A stretch of DNA of 64,000 nt from Elusimicrobiota bacterium (GTDB taxonomy: Bacteria; Elusimicrobiota; Endomicrobiia; CG1-02-37-114; JAHJSO01), in contig JBDRQF010000061.1 in assembly GCA_043826435.1 (NCBI GenBank), forward strand, positions 6,919 through 70,918, written 5' to 3'. Shown piece by piece: positions 9,533 through 17,657 of this stretch; position 1 is the first letter of the stretch, and the number at the start of each line of letters is the position of its first letter. Below the pieces are notes generated by a model that was not told the origin of the DNA, made no database searches, and was given only the letters and a program-made list of their open reading frames with translations. The translations under genes and the position numbers were made by a program.

Positions 9533-11577
9533 AATTTAAACTCACGTCCGGCTTCAGGCCGGCAGGTGACCAGCCGTCTGCAATCAACGAACTGTATTCG
9601 TGTATAAAGAATGACAAGAGGCACCAGGTACTGCTTGGTGTTACGGGTTCGGGCAAGACATTTACGGTTGCAAACGTAATACGCCGGTGCCAAAAACCCA
9701 CGCTGGTTATTTCACATAACAAGATACTTGCCGCCCAGTTGTATGCCGAGTTTAAGGAGTTTTTCCCGGATAACGCCGTTGAGTATTTTATTTCCTACTA
9801 CGATTATTACCAGCCGGAGGCATACATCCCCCAGACAGACACCTACATAGAGAAAGACGCCTCAATAAACGAACACATTGATAGATTGCGTCTCAGGGCT
9901 ACCTCGTCGCTGCTTGAGAGGAAGGACGTAATAGTAGTTGCGTCCGTCTCCTGTATTTACAACATCGGGTCGCCGTCGGATTTCAGGGAGATGTGCGTGT
10001 TCATGGAAAAGGGCAGGACAAAATCGCGGCAATTGCTTTTGCAGGAACTTGTTCAGATAAGATACGAGAGGAATGATATAGAATTATCCAGAGGGAAATT
10101 CAGGGCAAGGGGCGAGGTCGTTGAAATATGGCCCGCATACCTTGAGACAGTCACAAGGGTGGAGTTCGCCGGCGACGAGATTGAGCGGCTCACGGAGACA
10201 AACCCCGTTACGGGCAGGGTTATCACCGGCAAGGACAGGGTGTATATATACCCTGCGAGCCATTTTGTCGTGGCGCGTCCTAAGTTTGAAGAGGCCGTCG
10301 TCCTGATAGAGAGCGAACTTGAAGAGAGGGTGAAGTATTTCAGGAAAAAAGGAGCCATTCTTGAGGCGCAGCGTCTGGAGATGAGGACGAGGTATGACAT
10401 GGAGATGATGAGGGAAACCGGGTTCTGCCACGGCATTGAGAATTATTCAAGGCACCTTGCAGGCAGGCGCGCGGGCGAAAGGCCCGGGTGTCTTATTGAT
10501 TATTTTCCCGATGATTTTCTGACGGTCATAGATGAGTCGCACGTTACCGTTCCGCAGTTATACGGGATGTATGCAGGCGACCGCTCACGGAAGCAGACGC
10601 TCGTTGACTTCGGTTTCCGTCTGCCCAGCGCCATGGACAACAGACCACTGCGGTTTGAAGAATTTGAATCGCTTATGGGTTTAGTCCTGTACGTTTCAGC
10701 CACGCCGGGAGAGTACGAGTTGAAAAAGGCGAAGGGCGTTATTGTTGAGCAGATTATAAGGCCGACGGGGCTGGTTGACCCTGCGGTCACCGTCAAGCCC
10801 ACCGCAGGCCAGATTGACGACCTGGTGGATGAGATAGAAAAGTGCGTCGGCAGGAAGCAGAGAGTCCTTGTGACCACGCTCACGAAGCGTATGGCGGAGG
10901 ACCTTAGCGAGTACCTCAGTCAGAAGGGGCTAAGGGTCAGGTACATCCATTCGGAGATAGATACTCTCACCAGAGTGGAGATATTAAAAGACCTGAGGAA
11001 AGGGAATTTTGACTGTCTCGTCGGTATAAATCTCCTCAGGGAAGGGCTTGACATACCCGAGGTGGCGCTTGTGGCAGTGCTGGACGCGGATAAGGAGGGC
11101 TTCCTGCGTTCCGAGACGACGCTTGTCCAGATATGCGGCCGCGCGGCAAGGAACATAGACGGCAAGGTTATATTCTACGCCGACAACGTTACCGGTTCAA
11201 TGAAAAGGGCTCTTTCTGAAATGAACAGAAGAAGAAAAATGCAGTCGGACTATAACAAAAAAAATAAAATAACGCCGCGCTCCATTGTGAAGTCAATCAG
11301 GGAATTTGAGGAATTCCAGTATAAAGCGAAAAAAGAATCCCTCTGGCTTATTAAGGACGACGGCGCGGAATATTCGGCCTCGGCTTTGGCGAGGAAAAAT
11401 CTTCCTGTATTCATAAAAGAGATTGAGAAAAAGATGAAGGAAGCGGCAGACGCCCTGGACTTTGAGGTCGCTGCAATATACAGGGACAAGATATTCGCCC
11501 TGAAGGAGATGACCGCACAAAAAAATGAAACCCGACACAAAACAGGTGTTCAATCTGGCAAAGTTGTCTCTAAATGA
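9529..11577 (+). CDS. uvrB: excinuclease ABC subunit B
   Basis: 682 aa. Walker A GVTGSGKTFT, helicase motifs and the C-terminal UVR domain (EVAAIYRDKIFALKE) are present. Confidence 0.9.
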   Translation: MKFKLTSGFRPAGDQPSAINELYSCIKNDKRHQVLLGVTGSGKTFTVANVIRRCQKPTLVISHNKILAAQLYAEFKEFFPDNAVEYFISYYDYYQPEAYIPQTDTYIEKDASINEHIDRLRLRATSSLLERKDVIVVASVSCIYNIGSPSDFREMCVFMEKGRTKSRQLLLQELVQIRYERNDIELSRGKFRARGEVVEIWPAYLETVTRVEFAGDEIERLTETNPVTGRVITGKDRVYIYPASHFVVARPKFEEAVVLIESELEERVKYFRKKGAILEAQRLEMRTRYDMEMMRETGFCHGIENYSRHLAGRRAGERPGCLIDYFPDDFLTVIDESHVTVPQLYGMYAGDRSRKQTLVDFGFRLPSAMDNRPLRFEEFESLMGLVLYVSATPGEYELKKAKGVIVEQIIRPTGLVDPAVTVKPTAGQIDDLVDEIEKCVGRKQRVLVTTLTKRMAEDLSEYLSQKGLRVRYIHSEIDTLTRVEILKDLRKGNFDCLVGINLLREGLDIPEVALVAVLDADKEGFLRSETTLVQICGRAARNIDGKVIFYADNVTGSMKRALSEMNRRRKMQSDYNKKNKITPRSIVKSIREFEEFQYKAKKESLWLIKDDGAEYSASALARKNLPVFIKEIEKKMKEAADALDFEVAAIYRDKIFALKEMTAQKNETRHKTGVQSGKVVSK

Positions 11578-12382
11578 AGACGTCCCATCGGTTGACCTCA
11601 CGACTACGAATCTGATTCCGCCGACATGCAGGGTGTCTGCAAGAATCGTAGCAGGGGAGAGGTGCGTTGTTGCGGGGCTGGGACTTGCAAGGTACGTTTT
11701 CAAATACCTTGACAGGAACTGCGTCTGGAGGGCGAAATACAGCGACGGGGACATTGTCAGGAACGGCAGGACGGTGGCGACCATAACTGGCCTTGCGAGG
11801 GCAATCCTTACGGCGGAAAGGACCGCCCTGAATTTTCTCGGTCATTTAAGCGGCATAGCGACCTTAACAAGAAGGTTTGTTGAAAGGGTGAAGGGGTCGG
11901 GCGTGGATATTTATGATACGAGGAAGACCGCCCCCGGATTGAGGGTGATTGAAAAATATGCCGTCCGGTGCGGCAGAGGCCACAACCACAGGATGAACCT
12001 GTCCGAGATGGTGCTGATCAAAGACAACCACATAAAGATATGCCGTAACGAGAAACTTCCCCTGGGGCAATTAATTTCCTTTATGAGAGGGAAAATACCG
12101 CGAGGGACAAGGATTGAAATAGAAGTGCAGAATTTAAGGCAACTGGACTTCGCCCTGAAGAACCCTCCCGACATTATAATGCTGGACAACATGGATTTTA
12201 AGACATTGCAAAAAGCGGTTGGGGTAATAAGGAAATCCGGGCATGACATTGAAATAGAGGTCTCGGGCAGGGTGAACCTGAAGAACATTGAGAGGATAGC
12301 CAGGTTGAAGGTTGACAGGATTTCAACCGGCGAGATTACGCATTCGGCTCCGGCGATGGATTTTTCACTGGAGATTATTTAA
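11525..12382 (+). CDS. nadC: nicotinate-nucleotide diphosphorylase (carboxylating)
   Basis: Quinolinate phosphoribosyltransferase family (LSLNEDVPSVDLTTTNLIP and a C-terminal TIM-barrel part). The start is uncertain (ATG 11525 or GTG 11546). It overlaps the uvrB 3' end. Confidence 0.8.
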   Translation: MKPDTKQVFNLAKLSLNEDVPSVDLTTTNLIPPTCRVSARIVAGERCVVAGLGLARYVFKYLDRNCVWRAKYSDGDIVRNGRTVATITGLARAILTAERTALNFLGHLSGIATLTRRFVERVKGSGVDIYDTRKTAPGLRVIEKYAVRCGRGHNHRMNLSEMVLIKDNHIKICRNEKLPLGQLISFMRGKIPRGTRIEIEVQNLRQLDFALKNPPDIIMLDNMDFKTLQKAVGVIRKSGHDIEIEVSGRVNLKNIERIARLKVDRISTGEITHSAPAMDFSLEII

Positions 12383-12418
12383 ACGGCAGCAGACGAAGAA
12401 ATGCATGTTTGCCGTTTA
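12380..12418 (+). terminator. hairpin after nadC (possible intrinsic terminator)
   Basis: TAAACGGCA-N21-TGCCGTTTA forms a 9-bp stem beginning at the nadC stop codon. The U-tract is weak. Confidence 0.3.
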
Positions 12419-12475
12419 CCCCTGCGTATAGTTTTCAAACTTGTTTTGTTTGAAAACTGCATGGGGTAATTCTTT

Positions 12476-13291
12476 ATGGTTATGGAAACCAAATGTTATC
12501 TTTGTGGCGGCAGGACGGAAAAGTTGTTTGAAAAAGAAAAGGCGGATTATGCCCGATGCACGATATGCGGGCTGATGTTTGTGTCGTCCGGGACGGGGGA
12601 CATTGAAAACCGGTACAGGGAAAAGGACTCCGGAAGACAGGGAAACCTGCTCGGCAGCGAGTGTGACAGGATGATTAAAAGGATGAAGTATCGTTTAAGT
12701 ATAGTTGGAAGATATACAGACGCTACGCCAAACAAAGTCCGTCAAAATAAAGGACGGCTCCTTGACATAGGCAGTAGCAGGGGGGATTTTGTTAAGGTGG
12801 CGTCAGATGCCGGGTGGGACTGCACAGCCGTGGAACTTTCAAAAAGGGACTGCGATTATATAAGGAACGAACTAAAAATAAAGGCGGTGGATAAGGATTT
12901 GACGGAAATCAATTTTCCGGATGAATATTTTGACGCGATAACCCTTTGGCATGTTTTTGAACACTTCAGCGACCCGCTGAAAGAGTTGAAAGAAATCTAC
13001 AGGATACTTTGCAAAGACGGTGTTTTATGCCTTGAAGTCCCGAATATTGACTCGCCGGTTTACCGTCTTAAAGGGAAAAACTGGAAATACATCAACAATG
13101 AACACCTGTATTATTACAACAAAAAAACGATAAAAATGATTTCAGAGGCAGCGGGTTTCGGGATTGAATATATCACGGATATCAGCGGATTAAACTGGTG
13201 GGGGGAGCATGCTACGGTAAAAGTAGTTCTGCACGGTGTCGCCAGAAAGTTGTCCCTGGGTGACCATATTGTGGCTGTTTTGAAAAAATAG
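12476..13291 (+). CDS. class I SAM-dependent methyltransferase with N-terminal CxxC-x15-CxxC zinc ribbon
   Basis: Motif I LLDIGSSRGDF. LWHVFEHF and VLCLEVPN are typical of Methyltransf_11/23. It sits in an AT-rich segment. Confidence 0.6.
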   Translation: MVMETKCYLCGGRTEKLFEKEKADYARCTICGLMFVSSGTGDIENRYREKDSGRQGNLLGSECDRMIKRMKYRLSIVGRYTDATPNKVRQNKGRLLDIGSSRGDFVKVASDAGWDCTAVELSKRDCDYIRNELKIKAVDKDLTEINFPDEYFDAITLWHVFEHFSDPLKELKEIYRILCKDGVLCLEVPNIDSPVYRLKGKNWKYINNEHLYYYNKKTIKMISEAAGFGIEYITDISGLNWWGEHATVKVVLHGVARKLSLGDHIVAVLKK

Positions 13292-13454
13292 ACAACTGCG
13301 ATAAAAGTGTACTCTTTTATTGATAGATTTTACAGGAACTTGATTTCCTTCTCAGAAAATGTTAAAATGAGGGCGTCCGACACAAAGTGGATTGATTAGA
13401 AAAGATACCCTACGTATTTCTTTCCTTTTCTTTTTGTAAGACAACGTGCATACA

Positions 13455-13485
13455 TAGGCGAAAACTGCACTTTCGGTTTAGGAAA
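13455..13485 (+). repeat. left copy of an imperfect 31-nt direct repeat (AGGCGAAAACTGCACTTTCGGTTTAGGAAAA)
   Basis: It matches 13955-13985 (AGGCAAAAACTGCACCTTCGGTCCGGAAAAA) at 26 of 31 positions. The pair flank an AT-rich gene-fragment region. Confidence 0.35.
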
Positions 13486-13599
13486 ATATGAATAAAAAAT
13501 TTTATACCGAGGACGAAGAATGGTTGAAACTTACCCCGGCACAGCGGTTAAAAGAATCAGGTAAATTGTGGGAATTGTACATATCGTTAGGAGGTAATC

Positions 13600-13845
13600 T
13601 TGACCCGGAACCCGATACTCAAAGTCCTTTTTACTTTCAAAAAACACAGAGTAAAAAACCTGTTAATAGGCGGACAGGCAAGCATAATATACGGAGCCGC
13701 TGAATTTAGCAGGGATTCTGACTTTATCATTTTGTGTGATTCAGAAAATGTAGACAGATTAAAAAGGGCGTTAAAATCACTACTAAAAATAAGAAAATGG
13801 CAAGAGAATGTATTCAGGAAAGACCATTGCTTAAATATGCAATAA
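13600..13845 (+). pseudogene. minimal nucleotidyltransferase (MNT/Pol-beta fold) fragment, TTG start with a strong RBS; probable remnant of a toxin-antitoxin or mobile module
   Basis: TAGGAGGTAATC precedes the TTG start. LLIGGQASIIYGAAEFSRDSDFIIL matches the GS...DxD nucleotidyltransferase core. At 81 aa it is too short for a complete nucleotidyltransferase. Adjacent ORFs at 13488-13703 and 13797-14003 in other frames suggest frameshifts. Confidence 0.35.
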
Positions 13846-13954
13846 AAAAAGATATCCCAATGTCAATAAAATTCTTAAAACAAGAAGAAATGTGTGAGAG
13901 AAAAAAGGATATAAAATACTGGCAACCATTAAAACAAGAACTTGAAATGTTAAG

Positions 13955-13985
13955 ACACAGGCAAAAACTGCACCTTCGGTCCGGA
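13955..13985 (+). repeat. right copy of the imperfect 31-nt direct repeat
   Basis: See 13455-13485. Confidence 0.35.
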
Positions 13986-14112
13986 AAAAGCAAGAAACAT
14001 TGACCCAAGCCCCCCCCTTGACAACCTTCGGCAAGTTTTTGTATGATTAAACAATCAAATCGCGTGATATTTAAGGGGTATTTAGAGAGTATTTAAAGGG
14101 TATTCAACGGAT

Positions 14113-14751
14113 ATGGACGAAAACACGCTGAAATATTACGAGGTGCTTCTGCAAAAGACCGCGGACGCGCTCAAAAAAAACAACTTTGAGGACGTCAGTA
14201 TCGTTGACAGTAAAGAACAGGCGAAAGAAAAGATACTGAAACTTATCCCTGCAAATTCAAAGGTGGGCGCCGGCGGGTCAATGACTGTCCGCTCGCTCGG
14301 CGTGATGGACGAATTAAAAAAGAAATGCAACATCGTTCAGCACTCCGTCGGGATGCCTCTTGAGGAAAGAAAAAAGATATGGCATGAGGCAACCGGTGCG
14401 GATTTTTACCTGGCGTCGCCTCAGGCAATTACCACCGACGGACACCTGTTTTTTATAGACAAATACGGAAACCGTCTTTCGGCGATAATCTTCGGGCCCA
14501 CAAGGGTTGTCCTTGTGGCGGGCTACAACAAAGTTGTCCGCGACCTGGACGAGGCGCTCTGGCGGATTAAGAACGTTGCGGCGGTTAAGAATGCCATTCG
14601 CCTGAACGTCAAGACGCCGTGCGTTACTGCGGGAAAATGTATGGACTGCAACGTTCCCGAAAGGATTTGCAATGTCGTAACCTATTTGCTTAAAAGGCCG
14701 GCTGCTACCGACTACACGGTAATTCTCATAAAAGAGGAAGCGGGTTATTAA
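14113..14751 (+). CDS. LUD-domain (DUF162, LutC/YkgG-like) protein
   Basis: 212 aa. The size and pattern resemble the lactate-utilization LUD-domain family. The C-terminal CxxxC...C cluster is noted. Only moderately sure. Confidence 0.5.
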   Translation: MDENTLKYYEVLLQKTADALKKNNFEDVSIVDSKEQAKEKILKLIPANSKVGAGGSMTVRSLGVMDELKKKCNIVQHSVGMPLEERKKIWHEATGADFYLASPQAITTDGHLFFIDKYGNRLSAIIFGPTRVVLVAGYNKVVRDLDEALWRIKNVAAVKNAIRLNVKTPCVTAGKCMDCNVPERICNVVTYLLKRPAATDYTVILIKEEAGY

Positions 14752-14787
14752 AAGGGTATTAATTCCATTGGAAGGGAGGTGAAAAAA

Positions 14788-14970
14788 ATGGCAGATATTT
14801 TTGTTGTTGCGAGCAAGATTAAAAAGTTCGTCAAGGGACAGGGACTTCGTTCAGGCCCGGGCTATTTAGAGGCGCTTTCAAAAAGGGTTGAAGAAACCGT
14901 AAAGGCCTCATCTGAAAAGGTAAAACAGGAAGGTAAAAAGAAGACACTCGGAGCGGAAGACCTTATATAA
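14788..14970 (+). CDS. bacterial histone-fold protein (HBb/DUF1931-like singlet histone)
   Basis: The 60-aa product MADIFVVASKIKKFVKGQG...KKKTLGAEDLI resembles the Bdellovibrio histone Bd0055-type pattern (VVTSKVKKLIKEKG ... GRKTVMARDI) and the archaeal histone RKT..AEDI end. RBS GGGAGGTG is 6 nt upstream of the ATG. Confidence 0.6.
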   Translation: MADIFVVASKIKKFVKGQGLRSGPGYLEALSKRVEETVKASSEKVKQEGKKKTLGAEDLI

Positions 14971-15033
14971 TATTTCACCCTGCCGTTAACCCTCTTATGC
15001 GTTATCATAGACGGGCAAGGCAGGGCTGCACTT

Positions 15034-15483
15034 ATGACCGCCGGGGACCGTCTTATTATTTTTGTTGTGCTGGCTTTTGCGCTTGTATCTGGCAGGAGAG
15101 TGGCTGCATATTTGTTCCAAAAAGGCATGCCTGCCGGAACCGCCGTCGTATGGTTTGAAAATAAAATGTTCGGTGAATTTGACCTTTCCGGCGACAGGAT
15201 AATAACCGTCCGGCAGGGTGTCCGGTTGCAAATAAAAGACAGGACGGTAAAGGTGTTTGCGAACGACTGCCCTCAGAAGTCATGTATCCACCAGGGAGAC
15301 ATCACCAGCCCCGGGGGAAAAATCATCTGCCTGCCGAACAAACTCCTCGTTGAATTAAAACCGGGACGCCCGGTGGCCAGCCGTCCGGTGGGCACCTCAG
15401 TCCGCCCGGGGGGCACGGCAAATCCGGAAACCACCCCGAAAATTGATGGACGCAACTCAAAGATTGATGGGCTCTCATACTGA
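15034..15483 (+). CDS. NusG domain II (DUF1312)-containing membrane-anchored protein
   Basis: N-terminal TM helix, then CPQKSC-H-G. This domain is characteristically encoded beside Gx transporters and ApbE in flavinylation loci. The C-terminal tail is low-complexity. Confidence 0.55.
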   Translation: MTAGDRLIIFVVLAFALVSGRRVAAYLFQKGMPAGTAVVWFENKMFGEFDLSGDRIITVRQGVRLQIKDRTVKVFANDCPQKSCIHQGDITSPGGKIICLPNKLLVELKPGRPVASRPVGTSVRPGGTANPETTPKIDGRNSKIDGLSY

Positions 15484-16621
15484 AAAAATTACTGAAAAAA
15501 TCGCTTACTTTATTGCCTGCGGCGCCGCGCTGCAGGTCGCAGAATCCATGATACCGCATCCGGTTCCGGGCGTCCGTTTGGGGCTTGCAAACATGATGAC
15601 CCTGCTCGCCCTTAATTCCATGGGCGCCGGGATGGCTTTCCGGGTCGCTTTTCTCAGACCGATCGTAAGTTCCCTGATACTCGGGAGTTTACTCGGCCCT
15701 TCCTTTTTTATGAGTTTGTCCGGTTCAGTTGCGGCCTTCTTGACGATGTGGTTCACCCGCGCCCTGTTTAGAACGTATATTTCAAATTACGGGGTCTCCA
15801 TTCTTGGGGCGGTTTCCCACAATCTTGCACAGTTAATAATTGCGTATTTTTTTCTGATAAGGCACCCCGGGGTTTTTGTTTTCCTGCCTGTCCTTTTGCT
15901 GAGCGCCCTCTTTTCGGGGTATTTTACGGGGTGGTGCGTCAGTTACGTCGTGAACAAGAACCGTCCTGAACAGGATCTGTGGCAGGGGGGCGTTAATGCG
16001 TCCGGAATAGCGGGAACAACGGGGATAGCGGGAACAACGGAAATGACGGGAATAAACATAGAAAAAGGTTCGGGCAGGACACTGCTGAAAATTTTCCTTG
16101 TCCTTCCTACGATTGTGATTGTTTCGTTGGTTTCGGGACTGAGGCCGTTTATCTATTCTTCCCTGTGGCTCGTGTTTCTGATTGCGGCGTTCAGGGTGCC
16201 GGTGAAACGCCTGCTTGGCAGCATGGCCTTCCTGTGGGTTTTGGTCTTTGCTTCCCTCGTTTCCCATGTTTTGATGACGCCCGGCACGGAAATATTCAGG
16301 ATGGGTTTTTTGAGAATAACGACACAGGGGCTGGAAAACGGCGGGATTGCTTCTTTCAGGATTGTCCTGATAACTATTTCTGCGGGGGTCCTGCTGTGGT
16401 CAACCGGTACGGACGAACTGTTGTCCGGTCTGTTGAGGTTTTTTTCACCTTTAAGGCAGGTGGGTGTGCCGGTGGAAAAGATATTTTATGTTATCGGGCT
16501 GGCGATTGTTTTGTTCCCTTCCGTGTTGCAGAGAGTGCGCGGGACAAAACCCATAAGCATCCACTCTATATTGGACTCAATACACCGGGATTGCCACGCT
16601 CCCTTCGGTCGCTCGCAATGA
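15443..16621 (+). CDS. fusion of Gx transporter (heptaprenyl diphosphate synthase component I-like, S-component-like) with an ECF transporter T component (EcfT/CbiQ-like)
   Basis: The N-terminal half has Gx-family TM helices. The C-terminal half is EcfT-like. They are joined by a GIAGTT repeat linker. The 3' end reads through a REP element. Confidence 0.6.
   Translation: MMDATQRLMGSHTEKITEKIAYFIACGAALQVAESMIPHPVPGVRLGLANMMTLLALNSMGAGMAFRVAFLRPIVSSLILGSLLGPSFFMSLSGSVAAFLTMWFTRALFRTYISNYGVSILGAVSHNLAQLIIAYFFLIRHPGVFVFLPVLLLSALFSGYFTGWCVSYVVNKNRPEQDLWQGGVNASGIAGTTGIAGTTEMTGINIEKGSGRTLLKIFLVLPTIVIVSLVSGLRPFIYSSLWLVFLIAAFRVPVKRLLGSMAFLWVLVFASLVSHVLMTPGTEIFRMGFLRITTQGLENGGIASFRIVLITISAGVLLWSTGTDELLSGLLRFFSPLRQVGVPVEKIFYVIGLAIVLFPSVLQRVRGTKPISIHSILDSIHRDCHAPFGRSQ
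16007..16058 (+). repeat. 18-bp tandem repeat (ATAGCGGGAACAACGGGG, 2 full copies plus a partial) encoding the GIAGTT linker
   Basis: The copies are directly visible. They lie in-frame inside the fusion ORF at the domain junction. Confidence 0.6.
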
Positions 16622-16624
16622 CAC
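16588..16624 (+). repeat. REP-like palindromic element, copy A (GATTGCC-hairpin-TCGCAATGACA)
   Basis: Member of a repeat family that also occurs at 49374-49510, 61772-61809 and 63958-64000. It lies between convergent genes. Confidence 0.5.
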
Positions 16625-17605
16625 TTAGTAGGCAAGTTTTAGTCCTTTAAGTCCCTTTGAAACAAGAGTTGAGCCGTCCGCCTTAACCATTATCACTTCA
16701 ATAGATGCACCCTGGCTTTGAAGTTTTTCAATCAGCGCCATACCCTTTTCGTGCCCCATGACAAAAATCCCGGTGGAGAGGGCGTCTGCGGTGGTGGCGT
16801 CATCACAAATAATCGTTACGCTTATGCACTCCTGCGCCGGCCTGCCCGTTTTTGGGTCAAGTATGTGATGATACCTCCTGCCGTCATGTTCAAAATACCG
16901 TTCGTAATCCCCTGATGTGGCGACCGCCCTGTCCGTCAGACCGGTTACCGCCATCACTGCCCCTCTTTCTTTCCTCGGGTGCTGGATGCCTATTTTCCAG
17001 GTCCTGTCTCCGAAGACGCGCAGATTGCCCCCTGCGTTTACCATGGCGGATTTTATGCCGCACGCCCTCAGTGTCTCTATTGCGCCGTCAACCGCCCAAC
17101 CTTTTGCAATCCCGCTGAGGTCAATCGCGACGCCGTATTTCAAAAAAATCTTATTTTGCCGAAACTTTATGTTCCTGTAATTAACAAGCCGCAGCGCATT
17201 TTTCAAGTCCTTTGCTGGAGGGGGCGACTTTTTGCCCGGGGGTGCGTCGTTCCCGAATTTCCATATCTGCATAAGAGGGACAACGGTTATGTCAAATGCC
17301 CCGCCGGTAAGGACGGAAAATTCAATCGCCCTTTTTATAACCTTATCCGTTATCCTGTCGCACTTGAGCCATTTCTTTTTGTTCAGTTCCGACACCCTGC
17401 TGTTCTTATTGTATTTGTTTAAAATGCCGTCAATTATCTCCATCTCCTGGAATGCCGCGGCGATTGAATCCATCGCCTTTTGCTTGTCGTTTTCAACCAC
17501 CTGTATTTCAACAAAGGTGTTCATCAGGAACTTTGTCTGTTTGTGGATGTTGTTGCTGCAGCCGGCGAATAAAACAAGGAATGGGACAATAATTATTGGA
17601 CGCAT
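16625..17605 (-). CDS. apbE: FAD:protein FMN transferase (ApbE family) lipoprotein
   Basis: 326 aa. Signal peptide with lipobox FAGCS. The ApbE fold motifs GGNLRV and TSGDYERYF are present. Confidence 0.8.
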   Translation of the reverse strand: MRPIIIVPFLVLFAGCSNNIHKQTKFLMNTFVEIQVVENDKQKAMDSIAAAFQEMEIIDGILNKYNKNSRVSELNKKKWLKCDRITDKVIKRAIEFSVLTGGAFDITVVPLMQIWKFGNDAPPGKKSPPPAKDLKNALRLVNYRNIKFRQNKIFLKYGVAIDLSGIAKGWAVDGAIETLRACGIKSAMVNAGGNLRVFGDRTWKIGIQHPRKERGAVMAVTGLTDRAVATSGDYERYFEHDGRRYHHILDPKTGRPAQECISVTIICDDATTADALSTGIFVMGHEKGMALIEKLQSQGASIEVIMVKADGSTLVSKGLKGLKLAY

Positions 17606-17657
17606 TTGACTTTTCCTTATTTATTTTATAAAATTATTAGGATAAAATCAAATTTTT

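Noticed and set aside
15443-16621. C-terminal peptide DCHAPFGRSQ as a conserved protein motif (it also appears in ORF 49376-49594)
   Set aside because: It is the translation of the REP element in one frame, not a functional protein motif. The 49376-49594 ORF is a REP-cluster artifact.
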